Shown here: one piece after another, positions 19,778 to 28,945 of the stretch
Position numbering within the stretch: the stretch's first letter is position 1
How the letters are laid out: each line of letters starts with the position of its first letter
Assembly (NCBI GenBank): GCA_963667175.2
Contig: CAXXXF010000004.1
Location: 64,001 to 128,000 of the forward strand
DNA: 64,000 bases
Reading direction: 5' to 3'
Source of the DNA: Candidatus Latescibacterota bacterium
GTDB lineage: Bacteria > Latescibacterota > UBA2968 > GCA-2709665
Made by a program: the position numbers and the translations under genes
Notes under the pieces: generated by a model
What the model saw: the letters and a program-made list of their open reading frames with translations, nothing else
Told to the model about the DNA's origin: nothing
Databases searched by the model: none

Positions 19778-21085
19778 ATGCATGTCATCTACCCTTGTTG
19801 CGCTGGTTTGGATGTCCACAAAAAGACGGTCGTTGCCTGCCGGATGAAGGCCGAAGGGTCAAAGCCGAGCCGGCGAGAGGTAAAGACCTTCTCCACAATG
19901 ACCCGGCAGTTGCTGGCGTTGAGCGATTGGCTTTCTCAGTGGGGCTGCACCCACGTGGCGATGGAAAGCACCGGCGAGTATTGGAAGCCCATCTTCAACG
20001 TGCTGGAAGCCAACTTTGAAGTCTTGCTGGTCAATGCGCAGCACGTCAAACAGGTGCCAGGACGCAAGACCGATGTCCGGGATGCTGAGTGGCTGGCCGG
20101 GCTGCTGCAACACGGCTTGCTCAAAGCGAGCTTTATCCCCCCTGCCCTCCAGCGGGATTTGCGTGATCTGACGCGGTATCGCACCACATTGGTGCAGGAG
20201 CGCACCCGGGTGATCAATCGGGTGCAGAAGGCTTTGGAGGGCGCCAACATCAAGCTGTCCAGTGTGGCCAGCGATACGCTGGGCGTGTCGGGTCGGGCCA
20301 TACTAAAAGGGCTCATCCAAGGCCAGGAAGATCCAGCAGCGTTAGCGGAGTTGGCCAAGGGCCGCTTGCGCAACAAGAAGGCCGACCTGGAGCAGGCGCT
20401 GACCGGCTTTTTCCGACCCCACCATCGCTTTTTGTTGAGCCACTTGCTGGCGCATCTGGACTTTCTGGAAACACAACTTTCTCAGCTGTCCGACCAGATC
20501 GCTCAACACATTGAGGCGATGGGTGTGCCCCCAAAAGACCCGCAGCCTCCTTCGGGCGGTTCGTCCAAGCCTGCGCAAGCTTCTGGGCTCCTTCCCAATC
20601 AGGCCATGGCCTTGTGGGATACGATTCCTGGCGTCAACCAGACCGTGGCCGAGGTTATGGTGGCCGAAATGGGCGTGGATATGGGCCGCTTCCCCACCCA
20701 CCGGCATCTGGCCTCCTGGGTCGGCTTAGCGCCGGGAAACCATGAAAGCGCAGGGAAACGTCAATCGGGGCGCACCACCAAAGGCAATCCTGCGTTGCGT
20801 CTTGCCCTCGTCCAAGCGGCCTGGGCGGCCTCGCGCACCAAAGACACTTATCTGTCCGCTCTCTATCGTCGGTTGGCCGCACGACGGGGCAAGAAACGCG
20901 CCTTGGTGGCAGTGGCTCATTCCATTCTCACAGCCGCCTATCATATGGCCTGTCACACACAACCCTATCAAGATCCGGGCAGCAACTATTTCGATCAGCG
21001 CAAGAAACACGACGTTGTCTCTCGGCTCTCCCATCGCCTGGAAAAGTTGGGGTACAACGTTGCGCTTACGCTACAAGCTGCTTAA
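19778..21085 (+). CDS. IS110 family transposase/recombinase
   Basis: DEDD motifs GLDVHK, MESTG and KTDVRDA; Tnp domain TIPGV...HESAG; AGGAGG RBS. Confidence 0.95.
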   Translation: MHVIYPCCAGLDVHKKTVVACRMKAEGSKPSRREVKTFSTMTRQLLALSDWLSQWGCTHVAMESTGEYWKPIFNVLEANFEVLLVNAQHVKQVPGRKTDVRDAEWLAGLLQHGLLKASFIPPALQRDLRDLTRYRTTLVQERTRVINRVQKALEGANIKLSSVASDTLGVSGRAILKGLIQGQEDPAALAELAKGRLRNKKADLEQALTGFFRPHHRFLLSHLLAHLDFLETQLSQLSDQIAQHIEAMGVPPKDPQPPSGGSSKPAQASGLLPNQAMALWDTIPGVNQTVAEVMVAEMGVDMGRFPTHRHLASWVGLAPGNHESAGKRQSGRTTKGNPALRLALVQAAWAASRTKDTYLSALYRRLAARRGKKRALVAVAHSILTAAYHMACHTQPYQDPGSNYFDQRKKHDVVSRLSHRLEKLGYNVALTLQAA

Positions 21086-21294
21086 ATAAAAGAAAAACAA
21101 CAGGATTCTTCGAAATCTGAAAGGTTATTTTCTAAGTAGCAACTATTTCGATCAGCGCAAGAAACACGACGTTGTCTCTCGGCTCTCCCATCGCCTGGAA
21201 AAGTTGGGGTACAACGTTGCGCTTACGCTACAAGCTGCTTAAATAAAAGAAAAACAACAGGATTCTTCGAAATCTGAAAGGTTATTTTCTAAGT
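20981..21294 (+). repeat. Exact 157-bp tandem duplication of the IS110 3' end
   Basis: 20981-21137 is repeated at 21138-21294, with AG microhomology at the junctions. Confidence 0.92.
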
Positions 21295-21691
21295 AGAACA
21301 AGATAAGGGGCGATTGAGTACCTCTTGACGTGAAGCCGAACCCGTCGTGTTGGTGTGTGATAACCTCAACACACGTGCCCGCGGCACGCTACGAGGCGTC
21401 CTTACCCGAAGAAGCTCGGTCTGGCCAGTCGTCTCGAAGTCAACAAATGCCAGACTGTCAATTGGCGGGTCACGACCGACGATGTTCGGATCAAACTGAG
21501 AAAGCTGTATCCAGACAACGCGGCGCTTTATTTGTCAATGGGTATAATTAGATGTAGCATTGCCGTCGTGAGGCAATACACCAGTGAAACTTTCTGTCGT
21601 GTCCACACGTTTTAGTCTTGACAGTTCCAAATCTCTTTACGACTTTCATTGTCCAATATGAAAAGGCAAGATAAAATAAGGATAAACAGGA

Positions 21692-21964
21692 ATGCGTTGT
21701 TTCTTTGTGGTCGCAAGAGAAAACACCGGGATAACAGATAGCATAATAGCTACGAATTTCGATAAGAATTATGTTATTGTTCCTGGCTCTGTGTGGGCGG
21801 TGGCACATTCGGACCCATTTGCTACGACTATGGATGTTTGCAATATGCTGGGAATTGGACAAGAAGGAGGGAGAACTGGAATCGTGCTCTCGGTCTCACA
21901 ATACAATGGGTATTTCGATAGTGCGCTTTGGGAGTCATTGGCGCAATGGGGGAACGCGCCATGA
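21692..21964 (+). CDS. Small hypothetical protein
   Basis: 90-aa alpha/beta ORF ending in YNGYFDSALWESL; AAGGA RBS; ATGA overlap with the next gene. Confidence 0.55.
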   Translation: MRCFFVVARENTGITDSIIATNFDKNYVIVPGSVWAVAHSDPFATTMDVCNMLGIGQEGGRTGIVLSVSQYNGYFDSALWESLAQWGNAP

Positions 21965-22278
21965 CGGAACACCTGGATTTTCCGAACACGCGCCCAGGCG
22001 ACAGCGGAAATACTGGTAATGGCAACAACGGTTTTGGCAAACGATTACGGGAGGTTGAACAGGAGATTGCGGGAATGCGTGCTGATTTGAGCAACATCAA
22101 AGAAAACATGGCGACTAAAAAGGACATTTCTGACTTGCGCACAGATATAGCCAAGCAGAAAGCAGAGGCATGGTCGAAAACGGGATATGCTCTTTTGGGA
22201 ATCGTTGGAACTACAATAGTAAGCGTTTTTGTGATTTTCGCTAAAGAGTTGATTCAGTTTTTTGCGAAAGGGGGGTAG
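21961..22278 (+). CDS. Coiled-coil protein with C-terminal TM anchor (DUF1640/XhlA-like)
   Basis: Heptads with an ATKKDI motif, followed by one hydrophobic helix. Confidence 0.65.
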   Translation: MTEHLDFPNTRPGDSGNTGNGNNGFGKRLREVEQEIAGMRADLSNIKENMATKKDISDLRTDIAKQKAEAWSKTGYALLGIVGTTIVSVFVIFAKELIQFFAKGG

Positions 22279-22732
22279 TCGTTCAGAGCGTGTTCAGGTC
22301 CTTTCTCCAAGCCTGAGTTGCGGCTGTCTTGGCCCTTGCCCACCCTCCCATAGCATATCGAATCTCTCTCCTTCCAACATCCCGGAAACGCTTATCGTTT
22401 GCATTCTGGGATACGTAACCTGCCCCGACTTGCACATCTCCGGCTTCCGCCACAAAAGCACGAAATTCTCGCTCTTCGGTCGTTCTCGAAGGCTTCATAG
22501 CGATTAATCCGTCCATCATGGCTTTATTAGTGTCCTCAACGAAGTGCAAGGCCCGCAGGTCGCCTATATTGACGCACTGCCCGCCATTTGCTTCCATGGC
22601 CGTACTCTCCACCGGACCATCTCCATAGGTTTCAAATTTCAAGCGGCCGTCGATTCCAGTGCACTTCAACCCTGTTCAACTGTAATCGCGGTTGTCTTCC
22701 GAGTCGCGGCGACGAAATGACGCTTCGGGGCC

Positions 22733-23326
22733 TCACCGCCCCAACGAATCCAGGTGATCGAGAATTTCATCCTGGTCGGCCAGATCGTACTGATTCGAAC
22801 CGATGTAGATATACCTGACGATGCCAGTTTGTTCGATGATGAACGTCGCCGGTCGGGCGATGCTCTTGCTCAGACTCTGATCCGCCAGCCCGGTCCACTT
22901 GTGCAGGCGGCGGCCTGGATTGCCGAATATCGACGTCGCGGGACGAACGATGGTATAGGCGAAGTTGTGCAGCGCCAGGCCGAACCAGTGATGTACCCCG
23001 TAACTCCTGATGGCACTCCAGTCTTCGTCCGCCAGGAGCGGAAAGGGTATGCCGTTGCGTTCCGCGTATTCGCGCATCTCCCGAAGCGGCTGCCCCGCGG
23101 CAATGGCGATGGATGCCGCGTTGCGTTCGGCGTACTCATCGACGTGTTCCTGCACAGTCGCCAACTGACGACGGCTTCTTCTTCACCAGGTTCCCCGAAA
23201 GAACGTCAGTACGACGTGTTCTTTTTCAAGAAGCGTCGTCAGCGAGACGGATCGTTGCTGGTGCGAGGGGAGCGTGAACAAGGGTGCGGTATCACCGACG
23301 CGGAGAATCCTGCTTTCGAGCGGCAT
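22733..23326 (-). CDS. AhpC/TSA peroxiredoxin-like selenoprotein (UGA at 23185-23183)
   Basis: MPLESRILRVGDTAPLFTLPS...FFRGTW-UGA-RRSRRQL is in frame with ORF 22733..23164 (PFPLLAD, ARPATFII). Confidence 0.8.
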
Positions 23327-23355
23327 AGTGTGCACTTTTTCAAGGGTCATCCGCT

Positions 23356-24114
23356 ATGGACAGCGAACTGCTGAAACTGGGGTTCGTCCCAACGCGATTG
23401 ACGCCCGCGCAATGCAGCGCGCTGGATAACGACGGCTTTCTCATTTTGGAAGACGTCATCTCGCCGGACTGGCTGGGGCGGCTGCGCCACGCGTTCGACG
23501 CGATCTTTGACCGCGAGGGCGACAGGGCCGGCGTTGAGGTCGCCCGGATGGAGGGCGTGCGCCGCCTCGCCGATCTGGTCAACAAGGGCACGGTCTTCGA
23601 CAACGTATACCTGCAGCCGCAGCTGCTGACGGCGGTCTTTCACGTGTTGCGGCGGCCGTTCAAGCTGCACTCGCTCAACGGTCACGATCCCCTGCCCGGC
23701 AGCGGGTTACAGGGCCTGCACACGGACTGGGGACAGCCCACCGTGCCCGGCGGACCGTACCACGTCGTCAACTCCATGTGGATGCTGGACGATTTCACCC
23801 GGGCCAACGGCGCGACCCGCTGCGTCCCCGCCAGCCACCGCAGGGCTGACAGGATCTCCGACCACGTGGCCGACTCCATGGCCGATCACCCGGATCAGGT
23901 GCAGCTGACCGGGCGCGCCGGCTCGGTCGCCGTATTCAACGGCAGCCTCTGGCACGGCTCATATCGCAATCGCACCGACGCTCCTCGCCGCACCCTGCAC
24001 TGCGCCTTTATCGCCCGGGAGCACGCGCAACAGACGAATCAGCGCGAGTACCTGCGGCCCGAAACCGCCCGAAGGCTCTCGCCGCCGGCGCGTTACATCC
24101 TGGACGTGGAGTGA
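23356..24114 (+). CDS. PhyH family dioxygenase
   Basis: LHTD, NGATRCVPASH and FNGSLWHG motifs. Confidence 0.88.
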   Translation: MDSELLKLGFVPTRLTPAQCSALDNDGFLILEDVISPDWLGRLRHAFDAIFDREGDRAGVEVARMEGVRRLADLVNKGTVFDNVYLQPQLLTAVFHVLRRPFKLHSLNGHDPLPGSGLQGLHTDWGQPTVPGGPYHVVNSMWMLDDFTRANGATRCVPASHRRADRISDHVADSMADHPDQVQLTGRAGSVAVFNGSLWHGSYRNRTDAPRRTLHCAFIAREHAQQTNQREYLRPETARRLSPPARYILDVE

Positions 24115-24281
24115 ACACCGGGGCATTATTCATGCGCTGCTTTTTCTTCTGACAACCCATCGCGTACGCAGAGGATAATTTCGCGCCGATATCGGCAATA
24201 TACAATTCGCGGAAAACGTCCGCAAGGCTCCAGCGGCGATCGGATCCGCCTGGAGACCGTCACCGGAGGTGGATTGTACCT

Positions 24282-25838
24282 ATGTCCTCAACCGGCACAC
24301 GCTTATGGCCTCTCTATCTGCTGGGAGGCATCGTCGTCCTGGCGCTTCTGCTGATCTGGTTGCCCGAATCCCTCCATCGCCAGAAACAGGTGATGCGCAC
24401 CATGGGCATCTTTATTCTCGCCATCTTCCTTGCTTTGCTCTGGTTGCTCTTTGCGTCGCGGCTGGCCTGGGGACAGCGCCTGCGCTGTTTCGGCGGCATC
24501 GTCTTCGTCATTGCGCTTGGCGTCGGGTGTTTTCGCATTAAGGGGATGAGCGGCGATTTCGTACCGATCCTCGAATGGCGCTGGAGTGCTCAGAACAAAG
24601 CCGCCGTCGCGGAAGGAGGGGACGCCACCGCGCTCAACGCCCGCGATTGGCCGCAATTCCTCGGCCCCGAGCGCAACAACCGCCTCCGGGGCATCCACCT
24701 CGAGCGCGACTGGAACAAACACCCGCCGCGCGAAGTCTGGCGACGCCCGGTCGGCGCCGCCTGGTCCTCCTTTGCCGTTGTCGGGGGCCGGGCAGTCACT
24801 CAGGAGCAACACGGCCCCGAAGAACAGGTCGTCTGCTACGACCTGGCAACGGGCCGCAAGCTCTGGCAACATGCCGACTCGACTCGCTACGAGAGCGCCG
24901 TAGCCGGCGTCGGCCCGCGCGCCACGCCGACCATCGCTGGAGACCGGGTTTTCACCATGGGCGCGACCGGCATCCTCAACTGCCTGGATTTGGCCAGCGG
25001 GAACTTGATCTGGTCCAGAGACATCCTCGCCGACAATCGGGCTAAGGCCCATTGGTGGGGCATCAGCTGTTCGCCGCTGGTCCTCGACACCCTGGTCGTG
25101 GTCAGCGCCGGAGGCCCGGATGAACGCTCGCTGGTGGCCTATCACCGCCAAACCGGCGCGTTAGTCTGGGGCGGGGGCACGGACAGGGCCGGCTTCAGCT
25201 CGCCGCGTCTGGTTACACTGGCCGGACGCGAGCAGATATTGATTTTCAACAGCCATAGCGTCGTCGCACACGATCCGCACAACGGAGGTCTCCTCTGGCG
25301 TCAGCCCTGGGATCAGGTCGAATGCGTTGCCAACCCCCTGCCCTTGCCCGGGAACCGGGTTCTGGTCTCCACCGGGTACGGCATTGGCGCCAGGCTGTAT
25401 CAGGTGAACGCCGCGCCCGGCGGGGGCTTAACGAGCGATATCGTCTGGGAAAGCCCGCGGCTCAAGGCCAAGTTCGCCAACATGGTCTATCGCGACGGTT
25501 TTGTCTACGGCCTCGACGATGGGGTGCTGGTCTGCCTCGACCCGAAAGACGGCAAGCGCCGCTGGAAGCGCGGGCGCTACGGCCACGGCCAGCTCATCCT
25601 GATCGACGACGTCCTGCTGATCATGAGCGAATCGGGCGACGTGGTACTGGTCGAGGCCCGCCCCGCCCGCCACGTCGAACTGGCGCGCATGACGGCCTTC
25701 GCGGGCAAAACCTGGAATCCCCCGTCCCTTGCCGCGCCCTATCTGTTGGTGCGCACGGATAGCGAGGCCGCCTGCTACGAGCTGCCGCTTGCAGACAGTG
25801 CTCAGGCGCAACACGTCCGACAGAGTCCCGGATATTAA
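24282..25838 (+). CDS. Membrane-anchored PQQ-like beta-propeller protein
   Basis: Three N-terminal TM helices, WPQFLGP motif, repeated CxDxxxGxxxW blades. Confidence 0.85.
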   Translation: MSSTGTRLWPLYLLGGIVVLALLLIWLPESLHRQKQVMRTMGIFILAIFLALLWLLFASRLAWGQRLRCFGGIVFVIALGVGCFRIKGMSGDFVPILEWRWSAQNKAAVAEGGDATALNARDWPQFLGPERNNRLRGIHLERDWNKHPPREVWRRPVGAAWSSFAVVGGRAVTQEQHGPEEQVVCYDLATGRKLWQHADSTRYESAVAGVGPRATPTIAGDRVFTMGATGILNCLDLASGNLIWSRDILADNRAKAHWWGISCSPLVLDTLVVVSAGGPDERSLVAYHRQTGALVWGGGTDRAGFSSPRLVTLAGREQILIFNSHSVVAHDPHNGGLLWRQPWDQVECVANPLPLPGNRVLVSTGYGIGARLYQVNAAPGGGLTSDIVWESPRLKAKFANMVYRDGFVYGLDDGVLVCLDPKDGKRRWKRGRYGHGQLILIDDVLLIMSESGDVVLVEARPARHVELARMTAFAGKTWNPPSLAAPYLLVRTDSEAACYELPLADSAQAQHVRQSPGY

Positions 25839-25879
25839 GCGGCGCCAGCGATGTGAACGGCAAACGGTTCGGGCTGGGC

Positions 25880-26356
25880 TTACTCATTGCGAAACGCCTT
25901 CTCCAGTCCGGCGATATCCAGCTTGTTCATTTTCAGATATGCGGCGGTGACCCGCTCGACTGCCGCCGCATCGTTACCGGCCATCATTTCGCCCAGCGCG
26001 ATGGGCACAATCTGCCAGGAGACGCCGAAACGGTCGGTGAGCCAGCCACATTGACCTTCCTCTCCGCCACCGGCCGTCAAGCGTTCCCATAGCGCGTCCA
26101 CTTCGTCCTGATCGACGCAGTTGACCAGGAGCGACATCGTCGGGCTGTGCGTGTATCGGGGACCGCCGTTGATGATGCAGAACTCCTGCCCCGCCAGTTT
26201 GAACTCGGCCGACATGATATCGCCGGTCTCGCCCATGCCGGCGTCGTTGTAGCGTGTGATTCGGGTCACTTGCCCGTCTTCGAAGCACGACGTATAGAGT
26301 TCGAGCGCGTCCTCGACCCGTCCGTCAAACCACAGATTGGTGACGATTTTCTGCAT
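25880..26356 (-). CDS. VOC/PhnB (3-demethylubiquinone-9 methyltransferase-like) family protein
   Basis: MQKIVTNLWF and CGWLTDRFGVSWQIVP motifs; AGGGAG RBS. Confidence 0.9.
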   Translation of the reverse strand: MQKIVTNLWFDGRVEDALELYTSCFEDGQVTRITRYNDAGMGETGDIMSAEFKLAGQEFCIINGGPRYTHSPTMSLLVNCVDQDEVDALWERLTAGGGEEGQCGWLTDRFGVSWQIVPIALGEMMAGNDAAAVERVTAAYLKMNKLDIAGLEKAFRNE

Positions 26357-26846
26357 GCTTAATCTCCCTTGCCCAGGGCGTCCGTGTACGTCATCACAAA
26401 AAACACCGGACATTTCCGCGCGCACAGCTTGCAGCCGCGGGGAGGCAATCTCCGCCCCAATTCCAGTCGCTGTACCGGAAGGCAGTGGCGCCGTGTTTCA
26501 TATTGAGATAAACAGGTTGCTTGACGTTTTATATCAAGATAAATTATGCAAGCGCAACTTGGTGTCCTGTCCCGAAAATACCTTACCATTCTACCGTCGA
26601 TTCCTTCAGGTAAAGTGAGCAGAAAATCGTCAGCCGACGTTGCCCGGCGACTACCGGACGGTTTATCTGGTACTGTCTAATGGAAGGTTCAGGGCGCTCA
26701 TTCTCTATTTCCACACCTTTTGAAGGCAGCTCGGTACAGCAACTACAAGAGGCGGGAAGATAGAACAGGTAAACGAGTACATTCGCTACGAGCCGGAGGA
26801 TCGGTGCCCACTTCTCCTTTCGTTTGGCGTCGCCATACAGGGCGTA

Positions 26847-28493
26847 ATGCTTGGCCTTGCAAACACTATCGTGCTTGTGATCGTTATCGTCCGCGCCGGA
26901 GACCAGGGGGAAGATTACCTGTCGTGGGCCACATTCTCGGCGCTGGCAATCAGCGGAGTTGTTACGGTTCTGCAGGCGGGCCGCGCCGGAAGGCTGGGTG
27001 CGGGACACGTGCTCATGACCGGCGCCGGCCCCCACTTCATAGCGGTGGCCGTGCTGGCAATGTCACTGGGCGGGCTGCCCATGTTCGCTACCCTCACCGT
27101 CGTGTCGTCGCTGGTCCAGTTTGCGATTGCGCAGTGGCTCCCGCTGCTGAGGCGCGTCATCACGCCCATTGTCTCCGGGACGGCGCTCATGCTGATAGCG
27201 GTCACGGTCATGGCGATCGCCATCGAGGGGCTGGGAGAGATACCCGAGGGAGCGCCGCCGGCCTCGGGCCCGGCTGTCGCCGCAGTGATGCTGGCGGTCG
27301 CCGTAGTGTTGGCAATGCGGGCATCCGGGATATGGCGGCTATGGGCCACGCTCATCGGAATCGTTTCGGGTTGCGCTATCGCCGCCCTCTTCGGACTGTA
27401 CGACCCCCGGCAAGTGTTCGATGCGCCATGGGTCTGCACGCCGGACGTCGCTGCATGGCCGGGGCTGTACCTGGGGCTAGGCGCGGAGTTCTGGACCCTT
27501 CTGCCGGCTTTCCTGATTGTGAATCTCGTGGCCGCCATCAGGGTAAGCGGAGACGGCGTTGTCATCCAGCGGGTCTCGCGGGCCAAGCCGCAGGCGCCCG
27601 ACTTCCGTCTGGTTCAGGCCGCAGTCAACACCAACGGGCTGGGAACGCTGCTGGCCGGAATCGCCGGGACGCTGCCCACGATTGTCTACACACCGGCCGT
27701 CGCAATGCTCATCACGCTAACCGGGGTCGCGGCGCGCAGCGTCGGCTATGCGATCGGGGCGATCCTGATCGCGCTGGCGTTCCTGCCGAAGGCCACGGCT
27801 ATTCTGCTGACGATTCCCAGCCCGGTAACGGGGGCCTTCCTGCTGATGATAATGGGTCTTCTCTTCGTCGAGGGCATGAGGATGGTCGTCCAGGACGGGT
27901 TAGATCATCGAAAGGCCATTGTGGTGGGAGTGTCCCTCGCGATAGGAGTGGGACTGGAGAGCAGCAACGTCCTGGCGGACCTGCTGGGCCAAACGTGGGG
28001 CGCGTCACTCGGCAACGGCATGACCATGGGCATCCTGGCGGCTGTACTGATGACCCTGTTCATCGAGCTGACCAGCCCACGGCGCACGCGCCTGGAGACC
28101 ACGCTGGACATCTCCGCTTTTCCCAAGATTGACGAGTTCATGGTCGAGCTTGCGTCGAGCATCAGGTGGAACGAAGCGTCCGTGCAGCGGCTGCGCGCCG
28201 CGGGCGAGGAGACGCTATCGAGCCTCCTGAAAACCGGTGATGACCGCGGAGCCGATGGAGCGCCGCGGTTGATAATCGTTGCCCGCCCGGGCGAGGCGGT
28301 GGAGTTGGAGTTCCTGGCGGTCTTCGACGAAGAGAACATCGAAGACCGGCTGACGCACCTGAGCGAACAGGCCGAGGTCCCGCAAGAACACGAGATATCC
28401 TTCTGGTTGCTGCGGCACTATGCGTCTTCCGTGCGTCACCGGCAATACCAGGGCATAGACGTCGTTACGGTTCAGGTGGAGGGTTCACGCTGA
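26847..28493 (+). CDS. Divergent NCS2 permease with C-terminal soluble domain
   Basis: About 13 TM segments with TPIVSGT; about 140-aa soluble tail. The frame is open upstream (IRYEPED) to about 26760, so the true start is probably earlier. Confidence 0.75.
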   Translation: MLGLANTIVLVIVIVRAGDQGEDYLSWATFSALAISGVVTVLQAGRAGRLGAGHVLMTGAGPHFIAVAVLAMSLGGLPMFATLTVVSSLVQFAIAQWLPLLRRVITPIVSGTALMLIAVTVMAIAIEGLGEIPEGAPPASGPAVAAVMLAVAVVLAMRASGIWRLWATLIGIVSGCAIAALFGLYDPRQVFDAPWVCTPDVAAWPGLYLGLGAEFWTLLPAFLIVNLVAAIRVSGDGVVIQRVSRAKPQAPDFRLVQAAVNTNGLGTLLAGIAGTLPTIVYTPAVAMLITLTGVAARSVGYAIGAILIALAFLPKATAILLTIPSPVTGAFLLMIMGLLFVEGMRMVVQDGLDHRKAIVVGVSLAIGVGLESSNVLADLLGQTWGASLGNGMTMGILAAVLMTLFIELTSPRRTRLETTLDISAFPKIDEFMVELASSIRWNEASVQRLRAAGEETLSSLLKTGDDRGADGAPRLIIVARPGEAVELEFLAVFDEENIEDRLTHLSEQAEVPQEHEISFWLLRHYASSVRHRQYQGIDVVTVQVEGSR

Positions 28494-28540
28494 GCCCGCC
28501 GGCCTGAAAACATCAATAAACAAGAGAAAGGGAGAGCGAC

Positions 28541-28894
28541 ATGGCAGGATATGCGATAATCCATTACGAGATTCACAACCGGGCCCTCTTCGCCGAGTTC
28601 CTCAGCCGGGTCGGGGCAACCATAGCGGCTCACGGGGGGCGATACCTGGTGCGCGCCGGGGCCATCAAGGTCGTGGACGGCGACCCACCTCCTGACCGCA
28701 TCGCCGTGCCGGAGCTCAACAGTGCCGAGATTGAGGTCATTGACGGCGACTGGTCCCCCGACCGCCTCATTGTGCTGGAGTTTGACAGTAACGAGCGGGC
28801 GAGGGCCTCGCTGACCTCACCGGAATACACCGAGATCAAGAAGATCCGGACGGATGCGACGAAGGCCAACGTGATCGTTGTGGAGGGCGTGTAG
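28541..28894 (+). CDS. DUF1330 family protein
   Basis: HGGRYLVR, LEFDS and SPEY motifs. Confidence 0.85.
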   Translation: MAGYAIIHYEIHNRALFAEFLSRVGATIAAHGGRYLVRAGAIKVVDGDPPPDRIAVPELNSAEIEVIDGDWSPDRLIVLEFDSNERARASLTSPEYTEIKKIRTDATKANVIVVEGV

Positions 28895-28945
28895 CCGCCC
28901 AGCCCCCGGCCCCGGATGCCGGTGGTCCGCATGAGGAAGACAGCC

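Larger units (their letters stand above)
19588..21296 (+). mobile_element. IS110-family insertion sequence (including duplicated right end)
   Basis: Transposase with a 190-bp left non-coding end and a short right end; GTAG at both junctions (19584-19587 and 21293-21296); no terminal inverted repeats seen. Confidence 0.75.

Noticed and set aside
20981-21294. CRISPR-like or regulatory repeat
   Set aside because: It is only two adjacent copies of IS110 sequence, with no spacers and no cas genes.
22283-22669. 128-aa minus-strand ORF
   Set aside because: No recognisable motif or clear RBS. It may be a remnant, so it is left uncalled.
26720-28132. 470-aa alternative-frame ORF
   Set aside because: Arg/Gly/Ala-rich shadow overlapping the NCS2 permease.
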